From Acidobacteriota bacterium (GTDB lineage Bacteria; Acidobacteriota; Polarisedimenticolia; J045): a DNA stretch of 64,000 nucleotides. This document shows positions 15,501-25,165 of this stretch, piece after piece (position 1 is the stretch's first letter; each line of letters opens with the position of its first letter). Position numbers and translations under genes: made by a program. The notes under the pieces were generated by a model. The model had not been told where the DNA came from. It did no database searches and was given only the letters and a program-made list of their open reading frames with translations. The stretch covers positions 12,749-76,748 of the forward strand of contig RFHH01000164.1 in NCBI GenBank assembly GCA_003696075.1, written 5' to 3'.

Positions 15501-17711
15501 TCAGCGGTGGGAGGTGAAGCTGACGACGTCCACCGGGCCGAAGCGGTCGCCCGGCGACAGCGGCTCGGAGCAGGAGGTGTGGATGCGCACCTCGCCGAGC
15601 ACCTCTCCGGTCGCCGCAATGCTCACCCGGAACACGAGATCGCCGGGCAGGCGCTTCTTGTGCTTCTTCTCGCGCTTGCGCTTCTCCGGCTTGTTCGCGC
15701 TCTCGGGCTTCGGCGGCACGTCGTAGTAGTGGACCGTGACCTGGTCCCCGATCATCACGTTGGGCTGCTCGAGGATCACCCGTCCCTTCTTGTCGAGCAC
15801 CGTGATCTGCACGCCGTCGGTGAACAGCGCGTCACCCTCGCAGACCACCTTGCCGTTCTGGTCCTGTGTCATCGTGGTGCAGGGCTCGCCGGTGTAGGCA
15901 ACGGTGATGTCCTCGAGCCCGTCCTCGCAGAACTGCCCCTCGAGCGCATCGTCCTCGTCCGGCACGACGGGCGGCGGCAGGAAGGTCTGCGTGACGGTCC
16001 CCGTCGCCTGGCAGTCCGCCGAGCCGTCGGCCACCGCGTCGTAGGTCTGGGTCTTCCAGGTCGTCGCCGTGTGGGTGAGGACCGCCTGCTCGCCGGGAGC
16101 GAGATTGCTGATGCGTCCCACCTCGCCGAACAGGTCGTCGGTCACCACCACCTCGCCGGAATCGGCGGTGCCGTTGTTCGTCACCGTGTAGGTCAGCGTG
16201 GTCGTCGTCTCGAGCGTCGACGTCGTGCCGGACATGGAGGTGAAGCCGACGAGCAGGAAGCTGCCGAACTGGTCGCCGAGGACCAGCTCGTCGTCGCACT
16301 CGGTCTTCGCCTCGACCGTCTCCAGCAGCTCGCCGGTATCCGGATCGATCACCCGCCACTCGACCTTGCCCAGCCGGTCGAGACCGGCCTCGGCGGCGTT
16401 GAAGGTGAGGAGGTCACCCAGCATGACGTTCGAGCGGGTGCCGATCAGGGCACCGTTCTTCTGGTAGAGCTCGACGGTGACCGGCTCCCGGAACTGTGCG
16501 TTGCCGCTGCACTTCGCATCGAACGCCTGCTGGTGCTCGCTGGCGATGCAACCCTGGCCGGTGTACTCGACGCGGACCTCCTGGAGCGGGCCGTCGCAGT
16601 CGACGACCGGCGGCGCCGGAACCTCGAGCGGATCGACCGACATGTCCATCGCGAGCTCGCAGGTTCCCGTGGTCGGCGTGCCGGTGCCGCACGCGCGGTC
16701 GTACTCGAGCGTGGCCGCGAACGTCACGAAGTTCTGGGCGAACTCGTTGGTCCGCATCTTCGGCAGCATCTCGTGCTGGAAGCAGGCGTGGGTGCTGCCC
16801 TGGGTCAGCGGCACATTGGCGGAAAAGATGCCGATCTGCATTCCCCGGAAGCCGAACTGGCTGTTCGTGAACTTGTTCGCCTCGAGAAGCTGGGTGGTGC
16901 CCAGCAGCGAGGCCGGCGGGGTCGTGGAGGTCGTCGTGAACCAGGTCTGCTCCGGCGAGCCGTAGGCGATCCGGGTCGTGCCCGGCACCGGGTGGACGTC
17001 CTCCATGACCCCGCCCGCGGCGATGCTGAGGATTCCGACCTGATCGCAAGCGAGCGGCTGGAAGTCGAAGCAGATCACCTCGCTGTGAGTCTGGTCCTGG
17101 TAACCGGGCATCCGGTAGTAGCGATCGTAGTTCGAGATGTCCGCCCCCTCGAGCGCGATCACCTCCCGGTCCCCGACTCCTGCGGGCACCTGGTAGGCGA
17201 CCACCATCGCCACACCGTACTGCTGGCGGTAGATGCGGAGCAGAGTGGTCGGATCGCGTTCGTTGAAGTTGCTGATGACGAAGACGTTCACGCCCTGCTG
17301 GAACGCATACACCGGCACGTCCGCCTTCATGACGACCTCACCGGCGGTGTTCGTCTCGTCGGCGAAGACGGTGTAGCGCCGGCCGACCTCGTAGCCGTAC
17401 AGATCCTCCGGCTGCACGAGCGCCCCCCCGGAAAGGGTGACCGCCGGATCGACGGCCCCGGTCTCCCGGGTACTCCCGGCCCAGTACAGCCAGGCGGCGA
17501 GCGGCTCGCCGGGCACGTTGATCTCGAAGACGTGATCCCCTTCCTGCGTGCCGACCCCCGAGACCGCGACGTGGACCTCCCCGCCCGCGAGACGGTAGAA
17601 CTCGGTCAGGGGAGTGTCGAAGGAGCCGGACGGCGGCGGCACGGTGGCGAACGCCGCCGGACCCACGGTCAGGGCCAGCGCGACGGTACCGGCAAATATG
17701 CGATGACGCAT
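15501..17711 (-). CDS. Large secreted repeat protein with a DUF11-like domain
   Basis: The Met at 17709-17711 is preceded by GGAGGGAGG and followed by a signal peptide (MRHRIFAGTVALALTVGPAAFA). A DUF11-like motif (TLTYTVTNNGTADSGEVVVTDDL) and internal YTG..C repeats are present. The C-terminus has a Lys-rich patch (KPEKRKREKKHKKR). Confidence 0.75.
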   Translation of the reverse strand: MRHRIFAGTVALALTVGPAAFATVPPPSGSFDTPLTEFYRLAGGEVHVAVSGVGTQEGDHVFEINVPGEPLAAWLYWAGSTRETGAVDPAVTLSGGALVQPEDLYGYEVGRRYTVFADETNTAGEVVMKADVPVYAFQQGVNVFVISNFNERDPTTLLRIYRQQYGVAMVVAYQVPAGVGDREVIALEGADISNYDRYYRMPGYQDQTHSEVICFDFQPLACDQVGILSIAAGGVMEDVHPVPGTTRIAYGSPEQTWFTTTSTTPPASLLGTTQLLEANKFTNSQFGFRGMQIGIFSANVPLTQGSTHACFQHEMLPKMRTNEFAQNFVTFAATLEYDRACGTGTPTTGTCELAMDMSVDPLEVPAPPVVDCDGPLQEVRVEYTGQGCIASEHQQAFDAKCSGNAQFREPVTVELYQKNGALIGTRSNVMLGDLLTFNAAEAGLDRLGKVEWRVIDPDTGELLETVEAKTECDDELVLGDQFGSFLLVGFTSMSGTTSTLETTTTLTYTVTNNGTADSGEVVVTDDLFGEVGRISNLAPGEQAVLTHTATTWKTQTYDAVADGSADCQATGTVTQTFLPPPVVPDEDDALEGQFCEDGLEDITVAYTGEPCTTMTQDQNGKVVCEGDALFTDGVQITVLDKKGRVILEQPNVMIGDQVTVHYYDVPPKPESANKPEKRKREKKHKKRLPGDLVFRVSIAATGEVLGEVRIHTSCSEPLSPGDRFGPVDVVSFTSHR

Positions 17712-18034
17712 CAACCCTCCTCCCTCCGGCGGGGATGGCGTGGATGCGCAAGCATCTCGCGCCGCCCGCGGGTGGCGGCTTGAGCCCGACTCCACCTTCC
17801 CGGGAAAAGCCCCTCCGAACGGGCTAGGTACCCCGTCGGCAGCAGAATGCAACAGGAATTTCCCGCCCGGCGGAGGGCGGTCCGGCCGGGCGGTCCCCGG
17901 CCGGAGCGCGGCGAAAGAATCCGGACTATCTCGGACCCGGGAGGCCGCGATACAATGGGCGCCGCGAAGGGGAAGGCCCGAACGGCAGACATGGGCGCTT
18001 CCCGCGAGGACGCCCCTACTAAAGGAGAAGGATC

Positions 18035-18436
18035 GTGAGACATCTCATCGCCCTGTGCGGCGCCCTGTTGGTGGTCGCTGCCGCGGCCTGCAGCGGGCAG
18101 AAGTCGGAGCCGGAAGCGCAGGCGCCTGCCGCCATGGAGCAGCCCGCCGAGTCCGCGGCCCCGGCGGCCGCGACCGAGGCGCCGGCCCTCGAGGTCGGGC
18201 AGGCCCTGTCGATCGAAGGCACGATGGGCTGCGGCCACTGCACGTTCCACAAGACCGACGACTGCGCCGCGGCCGTCCAGACCGCCGACGGCCGGGTCTT
18301 CATTCTCGATGTCGGCGAGGACCACGAGCTGTTCACGTCGCGAACCGACGGGAAGGCGGTGAGGATCGAGGGGACGGTGGTCGACGCCGGTGATCCGCCC
18401 CATCTCACCGTCACGAACTACTCCATCGGGTCCTGA
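18035..18436 (+). CDS. Small lipoprotein with a CGHC motif
   Basis: The gene starts with GTG after AAAGGAGAAGG. The protein has a lipobox (LLVVAAAAC), an Ala/Pro-rich linker, and the motifs GCGHCTF and DDC. Confidence 0.65.
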   Translation: MRHLIALCGALLVVAAAACSGQKSEPEAQAPAAMEQPAESAAPAAATEAPALEVGQALSIEGTMGCGHCTFHKTDDCAAAVQTADGRVFILDVGEDHELFTSRTDGKAVRIEGTVVDAGDPPHLTVTNYSIGS

Positions 18437-18564
18437 GGTTCCGGGCGGCGGCCGGAGCGCCTCCGGCCGCCCGACCGGCCCGCCGGGCGCGATTGCCGGA
18501 CGGGAACCGCCCCCCTAGATTCGACCCTGCCGTAAGAGAGGTTCTCCGCTCGGCAGAGGGCCCG

Positions 18565-19491
18565 ATGCCGGTCGATTCGACGACGGAGCAGGAACGCGTC
18601 CTCGGCGGTAGCCCGCTCGAGTACGAGGGCCGGACGTTCGACGAATGGTTCCGGCTGATCTGCGTACCCGAGCTGGTGCCGAGGGCGCGATCGGTCCGGA
18701 TCTTGCTGCGGGATCCGCGCTCGCGGCTGAGGCGACCGCGGCCGCTTTCCTGGGAAGTCTGCCACGAGATCCTCGCCTATCGGGAGTACTCCGGGCGGCG
18801 GTACTCCGTGCGGCGACTGATCCGAATGTCGAACGACCGGTACCGCCGTCTCGCAGCCCTCTGGCCCGGCGAGGCCCCCACCCGCGAGGAGCTGGACGCC
18901 TTCTACGAGCGGAGCGCCGAGGTGCTCCCCTGGGGGCACGGCGTGTTCCTTTTCGATCACGACGTCGAAGGCCGACGCCGCTGCTGGATGCGGCGCGTCG
19001 TGCTGCTGCGGGAACTCCAGCGCCGCGGCGCTCGCAGCCTGCTCGACTTCGGCGCCGGGGGTGGTCACACGAGCCTGCTAGCGCTGGCGCTCGGCTTTCG
19101 GCGCGTCGTGCACCACGAGTACCCTGTTTTCCACGACTACGTTCTGTGGAGAGCGCACCGGCTCGCGGCCCCGGCCGGAGGCCGCTTCGAGGTGTCGAGC
19201 GCGCGGCGCGCCCTCGAGTTGGCCGAGCCGGTCGACGCAGCCTGCTGTCTCGACGTGGCCGAGCACGTCGCGGACCCCGAGCGGATGCTGGACGAGATCG
19301 CGCGCGCCCTCCGGCCGGGCGGGCTCCTCGTCTGGGTCGCCTGCTTCGAGCCGAGCATCGCGTGTCACCTGCACTTCCACCTGCGCGGCTGCGAGGAGGA
19401 TCTGCTCGACCGCCACGGCTTCGAGAGAATCGGCGATTTGCCGGTGCGCTACCTGGGCCACACCGGGCTCTACCGGCGCCGGCGCGCCTGA
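18565..19491 (+). CDS. Class I SAM-dependent methyltransferase
   Basis: Motif I (LLDFGAGGGHTS) and the post-motif ALRPGGLLVW are present. The start was chosen at MPVD; the track ORF begins at 18493. Confidence 0.7.
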   Translation: MPVDSTTEQERVLGGSPLEYEGRTFDEWFRLICVPELVPRARSVRILLRDPRSRLRRPRPLSWEVCHEILAYREYSGRRYSVRRLIRMSNDRYRRLAALWPGEAPTREELDAFYERSAEVLPWGHGVFLFDHDVEGRRRCWMRRVVLLRELQRRGARSLLDFGAGGGHTSLLALALGFRRVVHHEYPVFHDYVLWRAHRLAAPAGGRFEVSSARRALELAEPVDAACCLDVAEHVADPERMLDEIARALRPGGLLVWVACFEPSIACHLHFHLRGCEEDLLDRHGFERIGDLPVRYLGHTGLYRRRRA

Positions 19492-19507
19492 GGGCGTCTC
19501 CCGGAAT

Positions 19508-20482
19508 TCAGGCCGGCGCGCCGCCGTCCGCCTCGGCGACGGCCCGGGCCGCCCCTTTGAGAGCCAGGGTCCCGTCCAGCACCACACGGACCGGCACGCG
19601 CTCGAGCAACTCCCGGTAGCGTCCCTTGTCCCGGAAGGCCTGAAGGAACGGGCCGGAGCGGAGCCGCTCGAGGATGGCCGGCGCGATGCCCCCGGCGACG
19701 TAGACGCCACCCCGCGCGAGCGCCTTCAGCGCGAGGTTCCCCGCCTCCGCACCGTAGATGGAACAGAACCGGTCCAGAGCCGCGACCGCCGCGGGGCAGG
19801 CGCCGCTGAGTCCGGCGCGGCTGATCGCGGCGGCGCGGTCCTCGCCTTCCCGGAAGGGGATGGGGGAAACCGAACGCCTTTCGGTTTCGAACGCGTAGAG
19901 GTCGACCAGCCCGGGCCCGGAAACGATCCTCTCGTAGGAAACGTGCCCGTGGCGCTTCCTGAGAAACCGCCAGAGCTCGACCTCTTCCTCGTCCCGAGGG
20001 CCGAAGTCGGTGTGGCCACCCTCCGAGGCGCAGGGGAACCACCGCCCGCCGTGCCGCAGGATCAGCGCTTCGCCGAGTCCCGTGCCGGCCGCGATCACCG
20101 CGCGGTTTCCCTCCGCCGGCTCCCCCTCCTGGAGCGTGGCCAGATCTTCGGGGGCGGCGAGGAGCACGCCGTGCGCCGCCGCCTCGAGGTCGTTGACCAG
20201 CACCACGCGGCACCCGAGCTTTCGCTGGAGCTCGTCGGCGTCGACGACCCACGGGAGATTCGTCGTTCGGACGCGGCGTCCGGTGACCGGACCGGGGATT
20301 CCGAATCCGGCGGCTTCCACCGCCCCGCTCCAGCCCTCCAGATAGCGCTCCACGAGGCGAGCCAGGCCCGCCGCGGGATCGGAGGGGAAGACCTTCGTGC
20401 CGTGCAGGCGGAATCGGCCGCCGACGCGCTCCGCCAGGGCCAGGCGCGTGTGGGTTCCGCCGACGTCGCCGCAGAGGATCAT
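19508..20482 (-). CDS. glk: Glucokinase (Glk family)
   Basis: MILCGDVGGTHTRLAL is the Glk N-terminal ATP motif. The ATGA overlap with the pabC stop confirms this start. Confidence 0.8.
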   Translation of the reverse strand: MILCGDVGGTHTRLALAERVGGRFRLHGTKVFPSDPAAGLARLVERYLEGWSGAVEAAGFGIPGPVTGRRVRTTNLPWVVDADELQRKLGCRVVLVNDLEAAAHGVLLAAPEDLATLQEGEPAEGNRAVIAAGTGLGEALILRHGGRWFPCASEGGHTDFGPRDEEEVELWRFLRKRHGHVSYERIVSGPGLVDLYAFETERRSVSPIPFREGEDRAAAISRAGLSGACPAAVAALDRFCSIYGAEAGNLALKALARGGVYVAGGIAPAILERLRSGPFLQAFRDKGRYRELLERVPVRVVLDGTLALKGAARAVAEADGGAPA

Positions 20483-21306
20483 TGACCGAGTTCTTCCCGC
20501 ACTCTCCGCCGGTAGGCGCGCGAGAGTGCCCGCGTGACCGGACCCGGACGGCCGATCTCGCGTTGGCCGATCTTCGCCACGGGAACGATCTCCATCATCG
20601 AGCTGGTGACGAACACCTCGTCCGACGCGACCAGCCGGCGCAATGACAACGGACGTTCCACGATCGCGAGACCCTCCCCGGCGGCGAGGTCGAGAACGAC
20701 GCGCCGGGTCACGCCGGGCAGGATACCGGATGCGGGCGGCGTGAGAAGCGCACCTCTGCGCACCGCGAACAGGTTCGAGCGCGTTCCCTCGAGCACGTGA
20801 CCGGAGGGAGAGAGAAGGATCGCGTCGATGGCCCCCGCCCGCTCCGCCTGGCGGCGCGCCAGCATCAGCTCGTGATAGCTGAGGCTCTTGTGGCCGGCGA
20901 GGGGGGCTCGCGGATCGCGGCGCCACGGCGCCACCTCCAGGCGGGCACCCTCCCGGTAGACACGCCGCGGCGGCAGGCGACAGGGTTCCGCGCTCACCAG
21001 CACACGCCCGCCGCCCGTGCAGACGATCCGGACCCGCGCCTCCCGGAGCCCGTTGCGCCGGAGCAGGCCGGCGACGACCGGCTCCAGCGCCGGAATCTCG
21101 ACCTCGAGGCCGATCGCCGCCGCCGAGCGGCGGAGCCGGTCGACGTGATCGGCCAGCCGGAAGCAGCGGCCTTTGTACGCCCGCACCGTTTCGAAAAGAC
21201 CGACGCCCCGGCGAACCGCCGGATCGTCCACCGGGATCCGAGCCCGATCCCGGCGGAGATACCGCCCGTCGAGCCAGACGACCGGCTTCCGGTCCCTCGC
21301 CGTCAT
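20479..21306 (-). CDS. pabC: Class IV aminotransferase-fold protein, probable aminodeoxychorismate lyase
   Basis: The motifs VGLFETVRAY...EGTRSNLF...PGVTR indicate the BCAT/PabC fold. The gene is translationally coupled (ATGA) to the upstream pabB-like gene. Confidence 0.7.
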   Translation of the reverse strand: MTARDRKPVVWLDGRYLRRDRARIPVDDPAVRRGVGLFETVRAYKGRCFRLADHVDRLRRSAAAIGLEVEIPALEPVVAGLLRRNGLREARVRIVCTGGGRVLVSAEPCRLPPRRVYREGARLEVAPWRRDPRAPLAGHKSLSYHELMLARRQAERAGAIDAILLSPSGHVLEGTRSNLFAVRRGALLTPPASGILPGVTRRVVLDLAAGEGLAIVERPLSLRRLVASDEVFVTSSMMEIVPVAKIGQREIGRPGPVTRALSRAYRRRVREELGQ

Positions 21307-22652
21307 CGCAGCTCGAGCCCCAGCGCGGCGGCCATCCCCCGCGACTTGACCAGCGTCTCCTCGTACTCCGCCTCGGGGCGGGAGTCCCAGACGATCCCCC
21401 CGCCCACCTGAAACGTCGCCACTCCGCCCTGCCAGAGAATCGTCCGGATCGCGATGCTCGTCACCATCTCGCCGGCCGGGGTCAGGTAGCCGATCGCGCC
21501 GGTGAACAGCGCCCGCCGTGTCGGCTCCAACTCGTCGAGCACGGCCATCGCCCGCAGTTTCGGGGCCCCCGTGACCGACCCGCCGGGAAAGGCGGCCTCG
21601 ACCAGATCGAGCGCGTCCCTTCCCCGCGCCAGCCTCCCTTCCACCGTGGCGACGAGGTGAAGGACGTGGGGGTGTTTTTCGAGTTCGCGCAGTCGGGTGA
21701 CGCGCACGCTCCCCGGCTCGCAGACGCGGCCGAGGTCGTTCCGCTCGAGATCGACGATCATCGTGAGCTCGGCCGCATCCTTGGCGCTGCCGAGCAGCTC
21801 CCGTTGCAGCCGCGCGTCCTCCTCGGATGTGTGACCCCGGGGACGCGTGCCCTTGATCGGCCTCGTGCGCACGGAGGATCCGCGGACCTCGAGAAACAGC
21901 TCCGGCGACGACGAGATCACCGCCCGCTCGCCGAAGCGGAGGTAGGCGGCGTAGGGGGCCGGGCTGACCGCCCGCAGGCGCCGGTAGAGTTCCAGCGGCG
22001 GGGCGTCCCATCGCGCGGCGAACCGCTGCGACAGGTTGGCCTGATAGATCTCGCCCCGAGCGATGAGACGCCGCACCTCCTCCACCGCCGCAAGGTAGCG
22101 CCGCCGGTCGAAGTTCCTCTCCGGCAGAGCGGGAGGCGGTCCCCCGAACGCGGCCATCTCGCCGGACCTGTCGAGCGCGGGCGGCTGCGGCCGGCCCGCT
22201 CGAACCTCGACGAACCTTCGCTCCACGGGAATCCAGCGGATCCACCGGTCGTAAGCCGCGAAGAGGAGATCGGGGAAGTCCTGATCGCGGACGGCCCTTT
22301 GCGGGGGAAGCCGTTCGAGTTCCCACGCGAGGTCGTAGCCGAAGAATCCGACGAGGAGGGCCTCGCGGTGCCCGCGCGCGGCGCAGTCCAAGAGCAAGCG
22401 GCGCAACGCCTCCAGAGGCGGCAGCTCCACCTCGCTCGCGGCGCCGCGGCTCCACAGCCGCACCCTTCCCTGCCGCGCCTCGAGCACCGCGAAGGGGGAG
22501 GCGCCCATCAGGACGCGCCCCGGTGCCGCGCCCGCCGTTTCGAGGAGGAAGGGGAGAGGCAGCCGTTCGAGGCCGGCGAACCGGTCCAGGATCTCCTTTC
22601 TCGGAGCGGCCGCGACGCGGGTTCGGAGCGCTCGGGGCATGGGGCGGTGCAT
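21303..22652 (-). CDS. pabB: Chorismate-utilising enzyme, aminodeoxychorismate / anthranilate synthase component I
   Basis: The C-terminal chorismate-binding domain motifs are present (IKGTRPRG; MIVDLERNDLGRV; FPGGSVTGAPKLRAM; GAIGY). The start was chosen at MHRPMPRAL. Confidence 0.8.
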   Translation of the reverse strand: MHRPMPRALRTRVAAAPRKEILDRFAGLERLPLPFLLETAGAAPGRVLMGASPFAVLEARQGRVRLWSRGAASEVELPPLEALRRLLLDCAARGHREALLVGFFGYDLAWELERLPPQRAVRDQDFPDLLFAAYDRWIRWIPVERRFVEVRAGRPQPPALDRSGEMAAFGGPPPALPERNFDRRRYLAAVEEVRRLIARGEIYQANLSQRFAARWDAPPLELYRRLRAVSPAPYAAYLRFGERAVISSSPELFLEVRGSSVRTRPIKGTRPRGHTSEEDARLQRELLGSAKDAAELTMIVDLERNDLGRVCEPGSVRVTRLRELEKHPHVLHLVATVEGRLARGRDALDLVEAAFPGGSVTGAPKLRAMAVLDELEPTRRALFTGAIGYLTPAGEMVTSIAIRTILWQGGVATFQVGGGIVWDSRPEAEYEETLVKSRGMAAALGLELR

Positions 22653-22728
22653 TATAGGTGCGAGCGCCGAGTCTCCGGCGGGCCGCGTTGCCCCCCCTGC
22701 CCGGCGCGGCCATCTTGACCGGAGAGAC

Positions 22729-23997
22729 ATGACCAGCGGATCCGAGAGCGCCGAAGCCCGCCCGTCCCGCGGAGACGGACCGGACCGGTCGCGGCCGCGC
22801 GTGCTGGTGCTCGACGAGGAGCCGCCCGTCCCGCCCCACACGGGGAAGAAGATCCGCACGCTGGCGCTGTTGTCCCGCCTGGCGGACAGGTACGAGATCG
22901 ACTTGCTCGTTCACGGGCGAGGCGTTTCGCCGGATCAAATCGAGGCGATGCGCCGGATCGGCGTGGCGCTCCACCTCGCTCCCGGCGGGCTGCCGCCGAA
23001 GCGCGGGCCGGCCTTCGTGGCGCGGGTCGCGCTCAGCCTCGCGTCGCCCTATCCCTACAGCGTCTCCAGCCATCACCGGCCCGGCTACCGCCGCGCGCTC
23101 CGTTCGATGCTCCGGCGGAACCGCTACGACGTGTTGCACTGCGAGTGGACACCGTACGCGCGCTACCTCGTGGACCGGCTGCCGCAGGCCGTCGTCTCGG
23201 CTCACAACGTGGAGTGCGAGGTGTGGCGGCGCTTGTCCAGAAGCGAACGCTTCCCTCTCCGGCGGTGGCTGTTCGCGCTGCAGGCGAAGAGGATGGAGAA
23301 CTTCGAGCGGGCGGTCTTCGCGCGGGCCGGCTGGGCGACAGCGGTGTCCGAGCGCGACGCCGGCACTCTCCGTTCTTTCGGCTGCCGGCGCGTGACCGTG
23401 GTTCCCAACGGCGTCGATCTCGACTACTTCCAGCCTCAGGGACCGCCGCCGGCGGGCCGCGACCTCGTCTTCACCGGCTCGCTCGATTGGCGGCCGAACC
23501 AGGAAGCGGTGGAGTGGTTCGTGCGGGAGGTCTTCCCGCGCCTGCGCACGCTGGGCTGCCGCTTTTCGATCGTCGGCCGCCGGCCGCCGCCCGAACTGGA
23601 TCGTCTCGCGCGCGCCTCGGGCGGCGCGATCGAGCTCGCCGCGGACGTGCCCGACATCAGGCCTTACGTCCGCCGGGCCGCCGCCTACGTCGTCCCGCTC
23701 CTCTCGGGGGGCGGCTCGCGGCTCAAGATCCTCGAGGCGATGGCCATGGAGCGCCCCGTGATCTCGACCCCGGTCGGCGCCGAAGGTCCCGACCTGGCGC
23801 CGGGGCGGCACTACCTCGCGGCGGCCGACGCCGCCGGGTTCGCGGCCGCGGTGGAGCGCGTGCTGGTCGACCGGGAGCTCGCCCTTCGCCTGGCGGCCGA
23901 GGGCCGGAGGTTCGTCACGGCGCACCACGGATGGGACTCGATCGCCGGCCGCCTCGCCTCGGTCTGGGAGGAGGCCGCGGGGGCCCCTGGAGGGTGA
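22729..23997 (+). CDS. GT4-family glycosyltransferase
   Basis: The E-X7-E region (RLKILEAMAMERPVISTPVGAEG) and the glycosyl-transferase N-terminal region are present. The start was chosen at MTSGSES. Confidence 0.8.
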   Translation: MTSGSESAEARPSRGDGPDRSRPRVLVLDEEPPVPPHTGKKIRTLALLSRLADRYEIDLLVHGRGVSPDQIEAMRRIGVALHLAPGGLPPKRGPAFVARVALSLASPYPYSVSSHHRPGYRRALRSMLRRNRYDVLHCEWTPYARYLVDRLPQAVVSAHNVECEVWRRLSRSERFPLRRWLFALQAKRMENFERAVFARAGWATAVSERDAGTLRSFGCRRVTVVPNGVDLDYFQPQGPPPAGRDLVFTGSLDWRPNQEAVEWFVREVFPRLRTLGCRFSIVGRRPPPELDRLARASGGAIELAADVPDIRPYVRRAAAYVVPLLSGGGSRLKILEAMAMERPVISTPVGAEGPDLAPGRHYLAAADAAGFAAAVERVLVDRELALRLAAEGRRFVTAHHGWDSIAGRLASVWEEAAGAPGG

Positions 23998-24019
23998 GGC
24001 CCGCCGGCCGGAACGGCTT

Positions 24020-25165
24020 TCAGCGCGGCGACACCTGGCCGAGGAGTGCGGCGATGTGCTCGCGATAGCGGCGCGCCACCCGGCTCGCCTCGAACTCCGC
24101 GGCCTTTTCTCTCGCCGCGTCCCCGAACCGCCCGCGCAGCTCCGGCTCGGCGACGAGCCGCCGCCAGGCAGCAGCCAAGGCCTCCGGATCGCCGGCCGGG
24201 ACGAGAAACCCGGTCGCTCCGTGCTCGACGAGTTCCGGGTTTCCTCCGGTATCGGTGGCCACCACCGGCAGGCCGGCCGCCATGTACTCGAGGATCGTGT
24301 TCGACAGGCCCTCCGTGTCGGAGGTGAGCGTTCCGATCTGCCACGTCGCCATGAGGCTCCGGCTGTCCTCGCGCTGTCCCCGGAAAGCGACGCGGCCGGC
24401 GATCCCCAGCTCGCGGGCGAGCCGCTCCAGCCGGACGCGCTCCGGCCCGTCGCCGACCACTTCGAACCGCGCCTCTTCCGGTCCGAGACGCCTCGCGGCT
24501 TCGAGGAAGATGTCGACGCGCTTCACCGGCCGCAGGTTGGCCGCGATCCCGATCGTCACCGGCGAGCCCGCCGCGGGCGCGGCCCGGGGAACGCCGTCGA
24601 TCTCGACGAGGTTGGGCAAGTAGGCGACGGGAGGGGCCCACGCCGGCGCCTCGCCGGCGAGGATCTCGGCGGCCCGGCGGCTGTTGCACAGGATCTCGGT
24701 GGCGTGGCGGCTCACCCGCCACCGGGCTCGCAGGAACCACGGCGGCTCGGTGGCCCCGAAGTTTCTCTGCGCGAAGATTCGGACCGGAACGGCGGCTTCA
24801 CGCGCCGCCTTGAGCCCGACCCACCGCCCCATCGGAAAGAACGCGATGAGTGCGTCGGGGCGGAGGTCCCGAAGCCAGCTCGCGATCCGGCGCTGCGCGA
24901 GGGGGTAGAGGTAGCGCTTGAGGGAGACGCCCAGCACGACGCTCCCTTCCGGAAGTTGCAGCCTCGGGGAAGGCGCCCGCATGAGCGCCAGCACGGGCGC
25001 GACGCCCCACCGGGGTAGATGCCGGCAGAGGAGCAGCACCTGGCGTTCCGTCCCGGCCGTCCACCCGCAGATCTCGTCGATCAGCAGGACGAGCACGATG
25101 CGGCCGGGCCTACCGGGCCGCGCGCCGGCGGCGGTCGCGCCGCGAGTGGGTCGGACGTCGATCAT
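24020..25165 (-). CDS. GT4-family glycosyltransferase
   Basis: The motif SDTEGLSNTILEYMAAGLPVVATDTGGNPELVEHGATGFLV is characteristic of GT4. The start at MIDV overlaps (ATGA) the upstream gene's stop. Confidence 0.8.
   Translation of the reverse strand: MIDVRPTRGATAAGARPGRPGRIVLVLLIDEICGWTAGTERQVLLLCRHLPRWGVAPVLALMRAPSPRLQLPEGSVVLGVSLKRYLYPLAQRRIASWLRDLRPDALIAFFPMGRWVGLKAAREAAVPVRIFAQRNFGATEPPWFLRARWRVSRHATEILCNSRRAAEILAGEAPAWAPPVAYLPNLVEIDGVPRAAPAAGSPVTIGIAANLRPVKRVDIFLEAARRLGPEEARFEVVGDGPERVRLERLARELGIAGRVAFRGQREDSRSLMATWQIGTLTSDTEGLSNTILEYMAAGLPVVATDTGGNPELVEHGATGFLVPAGDPEALAAAWRRLVAEPELRGRFGDAAREKAAEFEASRVARRYREHIAALLGQVSPR

Noticed and set aside
20479-23928. A 1149-aa minus-strand ORF
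   Set aside because: Only the last 276 aa (PabC-like) are protein-like. The remainder reads through pabB in a different frame and has no domain signatures.
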